NCBI GenBank assembly: GCA_963721305.1
Contig: CAVRIR010000002.1
Span: 174,000 to 237,999 of the forward strand
Origin: an uncultured Acidimicrobiia bacterium
GTDB lineage: Bacteria > Actinomycetota > Acidimicrobiia > Acidimicrobiales > JACDCH01
DNA: 64,000 bases
Direction: 5' to 3'
Made by a program: the position numbers and the translations under genes. The notes beneath the pieces are model-generated. The model had not been told where the DNA came from and ran no database searches. It was given only the letters and a program-made list of their open reading frames with translations. Shown piece after piece: positions 30,012 through 41,098 of the stretch. Position 1 is the stretch's first letter; each line of letters opens with the position of its first letter.

Positions 30012-30653
30012 TCAGTAGCCGACCGTAAAGCGCTGCCGAACATGGGTGGGGCGTTCCAGTTCGTCGATCATCGCGACGGCGTAGTCCTGAACCGAAATGG
30101 TGCTCTGGCCGGTCGCGTCTACCAAGAGCTGGTCGGTTCCGAGGCGGAACTTTCCCGTTCGCTGTCCCGGGTTCAATTCTGCCGAAGGGCTCAAGTAGGA
30201 CCACTCAAGTTCAGACTCTTCTCGCAGTTGCTCCAGAGCATCGATCATCGCCAGAGAACCTGGCTTTACCCAGTCCGGCATATCCGGGCCGTCGACAACA
30301 CGCACTCCAGGTGCGACCTCCAACCCACCCGCTCCACCCACCCACAGCGCCCTCTTGAGTCCCGCCGTCTTGATCGCGGCGATGATGGACGCTGTTCCTC
30401 GAACCTGGTCGTCATAGAGGTTCGGGTTCTTCCATCCTGCGTTGAAGGCGCTGATAACAGCCTCGTGTCCCCGGATCAGCGTCGCAAGAGCAGCGGTGTC
30501 GTAAACATCGCCAACCTTCGCGGTAGGACCTTCGCGTTTTTCAAGCTTCTCCCCGTCCCGCACAATCGCTGTCACCACATGCCCTCGGTCGAGCGCCTCG
30601 GTAAGCAACGCGGAGCCAACGAAACCTGTGGCACCTAACAGCACTACCTTCAT
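30012..30653 (-). CDS. NAD(P)H-binding oxidoreductase (YwnB/flavin-reductase-like)
   Basis: VVLLGATGFVG, WVGGAGGL, WSYLSPSA, ISVQDYAVAMIDELE..HVRQRFTVGY. Confidence 0.9.
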   Translation of the reverse strand: MKVVLLGATGFVGSALLTEALDRGHVVTAIVRDGEKLEKREGPTAKVGDVYDTAALATLIRGHEAVISAFNAGWKNPNLYDDQVRGTASIIAAIKTAGLKRALWVGGAGGLEVAPGVRVVDGPDMPDWVKPGSLAMIDALEQLREESELEWSYLSPSAELNPGQRTGKFRLGTDQLLVDATGQSTISVQDYAVAMIDELERPTHVRQRFTVGY

Positions 30654-30817
30654 TGCATCCTCCTTGTGTTCGGTAGCGGCAGCATTTGCGCTAACTGCCG
30701 CACTCAGGGACACCCATCACGCGGACTGGACGTCCGCCAACGCTCGCCTGGCTCGCATAGGCGCTCCTTCTTGTCGTCGCGCCGCAGTCTCAGAGACCCG
30801 ACTCGGCTGCCTTTGCA

Positions 30818-31185
30818 CTAGGCCACACAGATGCCTGGCACCGCGACCTTCTGAAAGAGGTGCGGCGTGGCGACCACGGAGGACGGATACACGGCGAGGC
30901 TGGACTTGAACTCGGGATGGGTGAAGGCGGCCCAATAATGCGCCGTCGACTCCCACACTGCGGTGTTCAGATAGGTCGAGCTGTCCCCGATGACGCGGTG
31001 TAGCTGAGTCGAGATGAACCCCGGTTGGCGCTTCATGAAGGCCGCGTCGTTCTGCCTGCCTCGAGGAAACGTGGCTCGTCGGCTTTGTCCAGCGTGACCA
31101 GGTTCACGAGTACGACGGCAGTGGCGTCCACCGCTAGCTGTCGGTCGATCGGGAACGCAGGGTCGAGGGGGCGAAGTAGCGGCAT
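30818..31185 (-). CDS. Antibiotic biosynthesis monooxygenase (ABM) family (frameshifted)
   Basis: VVLVNLVTL..., MKRQPGFISTQLHR, YLNTAVWES. Confidence 0.75.
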
Positions 31186-31206
31186 GACAGGCTCCTTGCG
31201 GGCCAC

Positions 31207-31268
31207 GTTGGTTGTATGATGTCAACGCGGTGCGATGGAACCTATCAAGGTTGGTGCTATGATGTCAA
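31207..31268. promoter_or_regulatory. Two 19-bp direct repeats in the ABM/marR divergent promoter (candidate MarR operators)
   Basis: GTTGGTTGTATGATGTCAA (31207-31225) and GTTGGTGCTATGATGTCAA (31250-31268). Confidence 0.6.
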
Positions 31269-31287
31269 TCCAACAGTGTGGTGACAG

Positions 31288-31765
31288 ATGACAACCAAAC
31301 GCACGCCGGCCGCTGACGCCTTGACGGACCTCGTCATCGACCTACTCAGGCTGAACGGTCTCCTAGTGCTGGCAGGCGACCGGATGGTGGAGGGGCTCGG
31401 GCTGACGAGCACCCGCTGGCAGGTTCTCAGAGCCATCATCGACGCCGAGCAGCGCCCAGCCCGTTGCGTGGCTCGCCCGCGACATGGGCGGAAATCGCCA
31501 GAATGTGCAGCGAGTCGTCAACGATTTGCAGAAGATGGGGCTCGTCGCACTCGAGGTGAACCCGCATCACCGCCACCGCGTCACTCGTCGTGTTGACCGA
31601 CAAAGGACGCCGGACGTACGACGAGGCCAGCCGTCTGCAAGCGCCATGGGCGAACACGCTCTCCAAAGAAGGACCTGACGATCAGAGAAGGCGACGACTC
31701 GCCGCTTCGTCGCGGAGCTGCGGAACAAGCTCGTCGAGCTGAATGGCGAACAGGCTTCGACATGA
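31288..31765 (+). CDS. MarR family regulator (multiple frameshifts)
   Basis: GLGLTSTRWQVL, RQNVQRVVNDLQKMGLV..NPHHR, VLTDKGRRTY. Confidence 0.75.
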
Positions 31766-31959
31766 CCTGATCAATGGATCATTGTCCACGAGTGGACGGC
31801 TCGCACGAGAGGGATCCCTCAGCCCTATCCCAGAACGCGCACCCCCAATATGTCCAGCCCTGGGTCCGCGCCTCTATACAGAGGTAGCAAATGGACGCCG
31901 GCATCGCCGCCGCCGTCCTTGTTCCACGCCGGGTGCGCGCATCCGTGAGGTTCTTGGCC

Positions 31960-32647
31960 TCAGGCCACTACGGAGCCGGGAAGGTCACCGGTGAGGGATG
32001 CCCGTTGGGAGATCTCGAGCCACACGCCGTCGGGGTCGCGTACGAAGCTGATCATCGCAACGTCGCCGAGCCTGACCGGCGACATGGCTTCATCCCAGCC
32101 GAGTCCGACCAGCCGGTCGTGTTCGAGGTTGACGTCGGTGACCTGCACGGTGAGGTACCGGAACCCGACCGCTCGTTGCGCGCCGTGCTGCGCAGCGGGG
32201 TCATGGACGACGTGGAGCAGGGTCGTGCCGACTCGCCACGCGTTGACACCGACGTCGGTTGCGCCGAGTCCGGCGGTGAGCAGTTCACCGAGACGGACTG
32301 GATCGCGGGACGCCCATGTGACGCCGACGGTCTGCACACCGGCGTGACCGACCGGAACGAGCCGTACCGGCACGCCGTCGGGATCGTGGAGATCGATCGG
32401 CGTGGTGACGTGCTGGCGTGGCGATGGTGAGGTCGCGAAGACATGTGTGGTCCTCGGCCAGGGTCTCGCGCGATGCGTTGAGCTTGAGGACGGCGCCTCG
32501 CAGTCCGAGCCGGTGTTGGTGGATGCCGCCGCCGACCTTCAGGAGCTCTTCGTAGGGAAGACCGACCGACTGCTCATAGAACGTGCGGCTCGCGTCGACG
32601 TCGCGGCAGAACAGCCCGACGTCAAGGTGAGGCTTCGCGAGTTGCAC
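31960..32647 (-). CDS. Two-domain VOC/glyoxalase family protein (frameshifted)
   Basis: LDVGLFCRDVDASRTFY; GFRYLTVQV; ISFVRDPDGVWLEISQ. Confidence 0.75.
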
Positions 32648-33065
32648 GTGGACTCCCCGGTTCGCTGAGGACGTGTCGATGCAGGTCGGTCGTCAATGTA
32701 TGGATCTGACGTGTGAGCTCGGTGTTGAGGCGCAGCTCCTGTTCCTCCGATGCGAAGTCGTGATCGGCCTTGGCGCGCTGGAACTCGGCTTGACGGTTCT
32801 GGCCGATCATCACGAACGTCGACAGGAAGATCGCTTCGAGCGAGACGATCAGCGTCAGCCTCGGCCAGGGGTCCGATTCGACGAACAGCATCCAGCACGC
32901 GAAGACGGCGGCGTGGATGTAGACGAACGGCATGGAGCCGGCGAACGCGGTGATCGCATCCGCGATGCGGAGCTGGGCGTCGGCCGCGCGTCGTGCCGCG
33001 TGCTCGACGACGACGGGATGATGCAGTGGCGGCTGTGTGGCACGCACCTCGGCGCCGGGCATCAC
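32622..33065 (-). CDS. DUF1003 membrane protein
   Basis: IADAITAFAGSMPFVYIH, DPWPRLTLIVSLEAIFLSTFVMIGQNRQ. Confidence 0.85.
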   Translation of the reverse strand: MMPGAEVRATQPPLHHPVVVEHAARRAADAQLRIADAITAFAGSMPFVYIHAAVFACWMLFVESDPWPRLTLIVSLEAIFLSTFVMIGQNRQAEFQRAKADHDFASEEQELRLNTELTRQIHTLTTDLHRHVLSEPGSPRATREASP

Positions 33066-33601
33066 GTCGCCTCCCCGACTGGCTTGTCGTCGACCGGCTC
33101 AGCGGGCTGTGCGCGACCTGACCTTCGGAGCAGGAGCGTGGCGATGGCCGCGCCGACGCCGAGCGCGATGCCGGCAACGCCCCACGCCGTCGACCAGTCG
33201 AGTCCGAGCGCGTGATCAACCGAGATCGACCCGGGACCGGTGAGCGCGATCGCGGCACCGACGGTCGCGAGCACGACGGTGTACTCCCAACCGCCGTTGA
33301 TGATCCACGGGCCTCGGTCGCGCAGTGACGACGCCGCGTTGAGCATGACGCCGATGATCGCGGCGCCGGCGAGGGGCGTGAGAAAGCCGAGCGCGAGCAG
33401 CGAGCCGCCGCCGGCTTCGCTCAGTCCGGCGACCACTGCGAACAGCAGACCGGGCCGGTAGCCGAGCATCTCGAAGAACGTGCCGGTGGTGCGCGGGCCG
33501 TGCCCGCCGAACCAGCCGAACAGCTTCTGGGTGCCATGTCCGACGAGGGCCAGGCCGACGACGACCCGCAGGAGCAACAGACCGGTGGCCATCGCCATCA
33601 C
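33062..33601 (-). CDS. DoxX family membrane protein
   Basis: GHGTQKLFGWFGGHG, GGWEY, GPGSISVDH. Confidence 0.88.
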   Translation of the reverse strand: MMAMATGLLLLRVVVGLALVGHGTQKLFGWFGGHGPRTTGTFFEMLGYRPGLLFAVVAGLSEAGGGSLLALGFLTPLAGAAIIGVMLNAASSLRDRGPWIINGGWEYTVVLATVGAAIALTGPGSISVDHALGLDWSTAWGVAGIALGVGAAIATLLLRRSGRAQPAEPVDDKPVGEAT

Positions 33602-34492
33602 CCCTTGACCGCGGCGATCGGTATCACGAGGACGGGCGCGGTGGACGTGTGGACGATCTCTGCCGCACCGGAGCCGAACACGAGATGCGCGAGCGGATCA
33701 CGGACATGGCTGGTGACCGCGACGAGGCCCGTGGGATGCGCGGCCAGGTAGTCCTTCATGCCGGACGCGGGGCCGATCGGGTCGTAGACGACGGTCGTGT
33801 CGAGACCCGGAGCAGCGAGCGCCCAGCGTTCGCCGAGACGGCGGACGTACTCGTCGGCGTCCTCGTTGGGTCCGTGATGGCGTCGCCACGGCACGCCGAT
33901 GCGCAGCGGCGGCGGGCACGGCTCGGCGACGGTCACGACGGTGACCTTCATCCCGAGCGCGTCCCCCCAGGCGGCGACAACAGCGAGACCGAGCTCCGAG
34001 TCGGGCGTGCCATCGACACAGGCGACGAGGTGATCGACGCCGAGCGGTCGGATCGCGGTCTCGTCGTCGGGGTCGGGATGCACGACCAGTGGGCCGGCGA
34101 CGACGACAGGCTGGCGGCAGCGTTCGATGATGTCTCGCGCGGTGGATCCGATGAGCGTCCCTGGTACGCGTCCTCGCCCGTGCGTCGACAGACAGATCAG
34201 ACAGGCGTCGAGGTCCGAAGCGCAGCGGTGGACCGCCGCCGCGTACATCGGTGTCGACCTCGACGTGGATGCGTGGGTCGTCAGGGTCGGTGCCGAGAGC
34301 CTGCGCGGCTTCTCCTCGGATGCGTTCCAACTCGAAGTCGGAGAGCGCGACGGTGACCGTGTGGATGGTGGCTCCGAACCGTGCGGCGAGGGCACGTGCC
34401 GTCGCGAGCGCGCCGGTGGCGAAGTGGGAGCCGTCGAGCGGAACCAGGATGGTGCGGTAGGTGGGCTCGGGAGCCCGATCAACGGGGTTCAT
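33598..34492 (-). CDS. Tandem universal stress protein (frameshifted)
   Basis: ILVPLDGSHFA; LVACVDG; VFGSGAAEIVHTSTAPVLVI. Confidence 0.8.
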
Positions 34493-35233
34493 GGTGTTCC
34501 TTCCTCCGAGGTGGAGTGGCCGTGGCCGCCTGCGATCGTTCGGGCGAGCGCGAAGACCCACAGCGCCACGAGGAGCCACGCGGTGGCGGTGGCCTGTTGG
34601 CCGGGGGCGAGCCAGTCGTGGTCGACGAACGACGCGATGCTCACGACCACGACGATGACGGCGATCTGGATGTCGAAGCGGATCAGCCAGCGGTCCGGCC
34701 GCCGGTTCGTGGTGGCGATGGTTCGGGCGTTGGCGAGGACGAGGCCGGCGACGGGCAGGAGCGCGAGCGTCGCGAGAAGCTTGGCGGCGACGAAGACGGC
34801 GAACACCGCTTCATCCGCGGACGAACGGTCCGCCAGCAGCGTTGCAGTCGCGAGCATCGCGCCTGCGAGCGACACCATCGCGACACCGATGGCGCCAACG
34901 ACGAGGGTGACCGTCAAGCGCCATTGGCCGACGTCGGTCCGGCGACTCGTGAACGAGCGCAGGCTGGCGAGGAACGGGACGAGGAGCAGGGCCGCGATCA
35001 CGGTCGTGTCAGGCCGCCGCCGTGGTGACCGTGTAGTGGTTCGCCAGGTAGTCGCGTACCGCGGCGGGGGTCGAGTTGACCGACGGCGTCGAGGACAGGA
35101 TGCAGGTCGCCACGACGAGCGCGGTCGCGGCGACGACGCCCGAGATCGCGCCGACGAGCTCCCACGCCGCCGGACCCTTGGTCCGACGGCGTGGGGTGCG
35201 CAGCGTGTGCGTCGCGGCTGCGGTGCTGGTCAT
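34489..35233 (-). CDS. Multi-TM hypothetical protein (frameshift near 35010)
   Basis: Hydrophobic segments in ORFs 35009-35593 (3' part) and 34489-35001 join into one membrane protein. Confidence 0.5.
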
Positions 35234-35234
35234 G

Positions 35235-35822
35235 TCAGCCGACCGCGTGTTCTGGATGTGACGCCTGGAAGCCCTGGGGCTTCTGCAGCTCGTGGGTCTC
35301 GTGCCGGACCTCGAATGCGAGCGACAGCTCGACGGTGCCGAACAGGAAGGCGAGCCAGCCGATCGCCCACGTGATGCCGATGGCGCCGGCGCCGGGGTTG
35401 ACGACGAGGATGACACCCAGCAGCACCAGGAGGGCACCGCTGAGCGCGATCGACCACGCCCCGGGGACCTGCTTGCGTGCCGAGATGGCGAACGCGATCC
35501 GGGAGCCGCCGATGAGCAGCGACCACGTCGCGATGACCACCAGCAGCGCCAGCGCGGTGATCGACGGCCACAGGAGGGTGACGATGCCGGCACCGATGCC
35601 GGTCACGCCCCAGAAGGCGACCCAACCGCGGTGCACGAGCAGCCGATCGGCGATCGCAGCCGACAGAGCAGTTACGCCGTCGACGAAGGCGAACGCGCCC
35701 CACAGCAGGACGAGGGCCGAGAGCGTGATGCCCGGCCACACGAGCGTGCCCAACCCGAACAGCACTGCCGCCACGCCGTGGACGGCGAGGCGCTTCCAGC
35801 TACCGACGTACGGGCGCATCAT
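35235..35822 (-). CDS. HdeD/DUF308 membrane protein
   Basis: GVAAVLFGLGTLVWPGITL..LLWGAFAFVDG; VNPGAGAIGITWAIG. Confidence 0.85.
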   Translation of the reverse strand: MMRPYVGSWKRLAVHGVAAVLFGLGTLVWPGITLSALVLLWGAFAFVDGVTALSAAIADRLLVHRGWVAFWGVTGIGAGIVTLLWPSITALALLVVIATWSLLIGGSRIAFAISARKQVPGAWSIALSGALLVLLGVILVVNPGAGAIGITWAIGWLAFLFGTVELSLAFEVRHETHELQKPQGFQASHPEHAVG

Positions 35823-36274
35823 GACGTCGCTCCCACGGTCGTGGTCGGCGCGGCCTGTGCGAGGTCGTCGGCGGCCATGCGGGCGAGGACGGCATCGATG
35901 ACGGCGTACTCGGCCACGTTCAGGAAGTACGAGGCGAGCTCGACCGCCGCCGCCGCGTCTTCCTCGGCCGCGTCGGCGGTGCGGAGCGCGTGGTGCAGCT
36001 CGTGCTCGGACTGGCGCTTGTCGACGCGTCCGCGGAGTTCGTCGAGCGGGCGCTTCATCGACGTCTTGGTTTCGTTCCACCAGGTGCGGCCGGCTTCCGC
36101 GGCCTCGCGGACGGCGGACTCGGCCTGGCTGACGTCGCTCTTGAAGGCTTCGTCGATCTCGTGACGCCGCTTCTCGAGCTTGGCTCGATCCGCTTCGAAC
36201 GTGGCGGTGGCGGAGTCCTCGAGGATCTCCACCCGACCGGCGAGCGTTTCGAGGGATTCGGACAATGGTTTCAT
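35819..36274 (-). CDS. Helical coiled-coil hypothetical protein
   Basis: MKPLSESL... preceded by GGAGG; stop overlaps the hdeD start. Confidence 0.65.
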   Translation of the reverse strand: MKPLSESLETLAGRVEILEDSATATFEADRAKLEKRRHEIDEAFKSDVSQAESAVREAAEAGRTWWNETKTSMKRPLDELRGRVDKRQSEHELHHALRTADAAEEDAAAAVELASYFLNVAEYAVIDAVLARMAADDLAQAAPTTTVGATS

Positions 36275-36376
36275 GGTTCCTCCGTTTGACGTTGGCTTGT
36301 GGTGCGAACGTAAGACGGAAGGGGGTGTCGGCGAATCCCCGAAAACCCCAGTCCTCACTGGGGTCGGCGCGACGGT

Positions 36377-39207
36377 TCAGGTGGGGAGATCGACGTGCGA
36401 GAGCTGGGTCCGCGAGGTCACGCCGAGCTTCACGAACACCTTGCGGAGGTGGTACTCGACGGTGCTGGTGGTGATGTAGAGCTGCGCCGCGATCTCGCTG
36501 GTTGCGCGCGCCGGATGCCGCGAGCCGGGCGATCTGCGCCTCCTGGGGCGTGAGGACGTCCGGCGGCGCGGAACGGCTCCGGACGTGCTCACCGGTCGCG
36601 GCCAGCTCGGCGCGCGTCCGTGCCGCGAAGCCGGAAGCGCCGATGGTCTCGAAGAATTCGAGCGCCTCGTGCAGCGGGTCACGCGCTTCCTTGCGGCGTC
36701 GTTCTCGTCGCAGCCACTCGCCGTACAGCAGCTGCGTCCTGGCCGTCTCGGTCGCGACCGTGGACCGTGACAGCTCGTCGAGGGCGAGACGGAACTGTTC
36801 GTCGGCGTCGTCGCCGTTCGCGACGAGCGCAAGCCCGCGCGCGAGCAGGCCACGAGCCCAGGGTGTGTCGGCCGCGGACGCTCGTTGCGACAACCGGTCG
36901 AGAGCCCGTCGCGCGAGCTCCGCGTCGTCGCCGCGGGTCGCGGCCTCGATGACGTCCGGCAACGCGATCGTGCCCAGCACGACGGTGTCGTGATCGACGA
37001 GATGTCGCGCCGCTCGCAGCGCGGCGTCGTACCGGCCGGCGCCGAGCTCGAGGACGAGAAGCGCCGCGTACGCGTGATCGATCCCGAGGCCCTGTCCGCG
37101 CTCGTGCGCGTCTTGCATCATGCGCCGTGCTCCGGTTCGCGCCGCTTCGTCGTTGCCTTGCCACGCGTCGCGAAGGACCTGCGCGGGAGCGGGTGACCCG
37201 AGCAGCCCTCGTGACCCAGTGAGCGTGACGACCTCCTCGATCTCCGCGAGGTGCGAGGCAGCAGACCCGAGACGTCCCTGGAGGACGTCGAGCCAGCTGC
37301 GCATGCTGAGCGCAAGCGGCAGCGCGGAGAGCGCCCCGATGCGGCGGCCGACCAGCGCCCACTGGTCGGCCAGGTCGGCCCAGGCGCGGTCGTCGAGAAC
37401 CTCGGCCGCCGCCATCGTCGTGTCGTAGTAGACGACGTGGACTCGCCGTCCGGCGACCGCCTGAAGATGTGTGTGGTCTGCGACCGCGGTGGCCACGGCG
37501 GAGCGCAGCATCTGGAGGGCGGCGACCTGCTCGCCCCGCAGCCGCGCTGCGAACCCCGACACGAGCTGCGCGACCGGCTCCGCGATGTCGCACCGGGTCA
37601 CGGCATCGCCGGCCGCAGCGGCGATCGCTTGTCGAGTCGGCTCCTCGATGAGGTGCCCGCCGGTCAGCGTCGCCGCCATGGCCGCGACGCACGCGCCGAC
37701 GGCGACGTCGGATTGGCCGGCATCGATCGCGGGCAGCGCGTCGGGCATCACCGCGGCGGCCTGGCGGACGTCGCCCGTGACGATGTGGATCAACGCCTCG
37801 GTCCACGCCGCCTCCGCCCGATGCCGTTCGCCGAGCCCGCTCGCTCTGGCCTGACCGAGGATTTCGAGCGCCCGCGAGCTGCGGCCGCCGACGAGCTCGG
37901 CGCGTGCCGCCTCGAGCAGCCGCTCGGTGGCTCGTTCGCGGTCCGGTGTCAGCTCGGCGGCGCGCCACAGGAAGAAGGCCGCGGCGGACGCACCGCCTCG
38001 CTGGCGGGCCCGCTCCGCCGACGCCTCCAACGAGCAGGCGATGTCCTCGTCCGGTTCCGTGACGGACGCGCCGAGGTGCCACGCGCGTCGATCGGCGTCG
38101 AGATCCGTGTCGAGGACCTCGGCGAGAACCGCGTGGGCGCGCCGCCGATCGGCCGCAGGCGCGGCGTAGTAGACGGCAGATCGCACGAGCGGATGGCGGA
38201 ACTCGACCTTCGGGGTGAAGGTGACGAGCCCGCTCGCCTCGGCGTTCGCGACCGCGTCGTCCCACGACACGCTGCCAAGGGCCTCCGCGGCGCGCCGCAA
38301 GGAGCATCGGATCGCCCAACCGTTCGGCCGCGGCGACGAGCAGCAAGCATCCGCGCGGCGGTGTCGAGTGCTCGTACCCGCGTCCGCGAAGATGCCGGCG
38401 AGGCGCTCGCCGATGCGGCAGCGGGTCGGGCAACGGCGTGCACACCGCGAAGCTGCTCAGGTGTCAACACCGCAGGCAGCTCGACGAGCGCAAGCGGGTT
38501 GCCGTCGGTCGCGGCGACGAGACGGCTGGCGACGACCTCGTCAACCGGTCCTTGTGCACAATCGGTCAGCAGCTGGTGAGCCTCTGGTGGTGACAGCCCG
38601 CCGAGGGTGACCGAGCGGAGGCCCTCGAACCGCGCCACCGCGTCCGGGATGTCGCGGCTCGTGAGGATGGAGGCGACGCGCTCGGCGTGGAGACGGCGGC
38701 CCACGAACGACAACACCATCGCCGACTCGTCGTCGACCCACTGCGCGTCGTCGATGACGGCGAGCACTGGCTGCGCACGGGCTGCCTCCTCGGCGAGACC
38801 CAGGACGGCGAGACCGACGCGAAACGGGTCGAGCGCAGCGTGCTCCGCGTCTGACACCGAGCACCGCATCGAGGACCGTTCGTTGCGGATCGGCGAGCGC
38901 GTCGATGCAGTCGTGGAGCAGGAGCGCGAGTTGGTGGACCGCTGCGTACCCGAATCCCATCTCGGACTCGACGCCGACCACGTGGACGACACGGAAGCCG
39001 GATGCGACTTCGATCGCGTAGTCGACCAACGCCGACTTGCCGATGCCGGGCGGACCACGGAACAGGAGCGCCCCGGCGGTGCCCCGCTCGGCGTCTCGGA
39101 GAAGCGTCATCGATGGCGGCTCGTTCGTCGGCGCGGCCGACGAGGAGCTGGCTCGCCTGCGTCACTTGTCCGGGATCGTCCACGTCCGTCACGTCACCCC
39201 CGTCCAC
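36377..39207 (-). CDS. AAA-ATPase/LuxR (MalT-like) transcriptional regulator (several frameshifts)
   Basis: LVGRADE, GPPGIGKS, VIDDAQWVD, TDGNPLAL; C-terminal LTPQEAQIARLAA..TVEYHLRKVFVKLGV. Confidence 0.85.
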
Positions 39208-39234
39208 TCGCGCCTCACATCGACATCAACGTCA

Positions 39235-40144
39235 TCACTGCAAATCAGGTGGTAGAGCCGATGGTCCCTTCCGGCCGCCCGGCCGGCGCGGCACCGGCCG
39301 TCGGACGGTTCGGCGGGCCGGCACACGGACCCGCAACGTCTTCGGACTCGACTCGAACAGGAGCGGCGGCTCCATCACCACGCTCTCACCATCGATCCCG
39401 AGAGCGACCGGTGCGTCGGAGTCGACTCGGAACATCGTCGTCGTCCACTCCGCCAGGCCACGCGGCGGCGGGCCGGTCACCGCGATCACCCCGAGCTGGC
39501 CGCTGTCGATGTTGGCTCTCGTGCCCTGTCCCCGGCCGCGGGTCGAACAGGTACGGGTTGTTGGACACCAACACGAGCACGGCCGTTTCGAACGTCCGGC
39601 CGCCCGGCCCGGTGAAGCGGAGGTCGAACGGTTCGGCGTCGGGGCCCAGCAGGTCCGGCAGCATCTCGACGACAGTGCGCACCTTGTGGTCGCGGTACTG
39701 CGGCGACTGCACGACGGCGCCGTAGAGACCCATGGCGACGTTGTTCACGAACAGACGGCCGTTGACGCGCCCGATGTCGATGCGGCGTTCGTCTCCCTCG
39801 ACGAACGCGTCGAGCGCGCCGACCACGTCGTTGCGGTCGATGCCGAGGTCGAGCGCGAAATGGTTGCGCGTGCCGGCGGGCACGCAGACGAACGGGACGT
39901 CGTGCTCCGCGGCGACCGCAGCGACCGCGGCTTGTGACCCGTCACCGCCCGCCATGCCGAGGGCGTCGGCGCCGTCGTCGATGGCCGCTGCCGCGAGCTG
40001 CCGCGAGGTCGTCATCAGGTTCGAACGGGATGGCCTCGATGTCGCGTGCGCCGGCACTCGCGTCACGAGGTCGTTGCGCACCGCCTTGCCGCCCCCCGAT
40101 CTCGAGTTGACGATCAGCACCGGGTGGACCGGCGGCACGGTCAT
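39235..40144 (-). CDS. Diacylglycerol kinase (YegS-like) catalytic-domain protein (frameshifted)
   Basis: IVNSRSGGGKA, MAGGDGS, PAGTRNHFALDLG, FVNNVAMG. Confidence 0.8.
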
Positions 40145-40232
40145 GCGGGCACCGCATGACCGGTCGACCGAGCGACCGCCAGGGAGCCGGGTGACGACGG
40201 GGCCCGGGGGCGCGGCCCCCGAGAGAACACAG

Positions 40233-40920
40233 TCATGACGCCAGGTTGACGTCGGGTGCGATCGCTTCGAGGTGTTGCGCCGTCGTCTCGAGGTGTCGGG
40301 TCACGAGATCGACGGCGCGGTCGGCGTCGCGTGCCAACGCTGCTTCGAAGATCGCCCGGTGCTCGTCATCGACGTGCTCGCGAGTGGGATGGTGCGGCAG
40401 GTTGCTCGACCACATGCGGTACAGCTCGGCCGCGTCGTAGAGCTGACGCCGAAGCCGTTCGAGGATCGGACTGCCGGCCGTAGCGGTGAGCTGCCGCGTG
40501 GAAACCGCTGTGCGCGGTGAGCCAGTCGAGGTTCCCGGTGCCGTCCTCGACGTACGTGGGCGTGACCGCCAGCCGGTGGTGCGCGGCGACGAGATCGGCT
40601 TCCCAGGAGACGTCGCCCTTCGCGATCGACTCGCGCAGCGCGAGGGACTCGCAGCTGGACCCGGACCACGTGAGGTCCTGGAGGTGCTCGATCGAGAGCG
40701 GCCGGACCCGAAAGCCGCGCTGAGGCGTCGCTTCGACCAGCTCTTCGGTGGCGAGGCGGGTCACGGCTTCACGGACGACGCTCAGGCTCACGCCGTGGTC
40801 GTCGGCGATCTCGTTGAGCTGCACGCGCGAGGCAGGGAGCCGGCGGCCGAACAGGATCTCGGCGCGGAGCGCGCCGTAGATGTCTTCGGCCAGCGATCGT
40901 CCTCGCCGTTCACGATCCAC
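40233..40920 (-). CDS. GntR family (FCD) regulator (frameshifted)
   Basis: GVSLSVVREAVTRLATEELVEATPQRGFRV; HSGFH; EHRAIFEAALARDADRA. Confidence 0.85.
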
Positions 40921-41082
40921 GTGGCACCCTACTGCACGAAAATCGACTTCACGGGGCGGTGACTTCGCTGCGCGGAGTGCCAAGTCATCGGTGCCAAGTC
41001 ATCGATGCGCTGACAAAACGCTGACAATGCACCGAACACGACGAGAACTCGTTCTACCGGCACCCGTCGCGACCAGCCCTTA

Positions 41083-41098
41083 TTGGTGGCGGGGGCGG
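41083..41098 (+). repeat. Left 16-bp direct repeat (copy of the tRNA 3' end; probable target-site duplication)
   Basis: TTGGTGGCGGGGGCGG identical to 42422-42437. Confidence 0.85.

Noticed and set aside
35235-38300. 1021-aa ORF joining LuxR to HdeD
   Set aside because: Read-through caused by a frameshift at about 36500; the intervening helical gene has its own RBS and start, and hdeD has its own ATG overlapping that gene's stop.
17940-41082. A single integrative element bounded by tRNA-derived att sites
   Set aside because: The only tRNA-end duplication found flanks the IS481; no matching attL at the left edge and no intact integrase.
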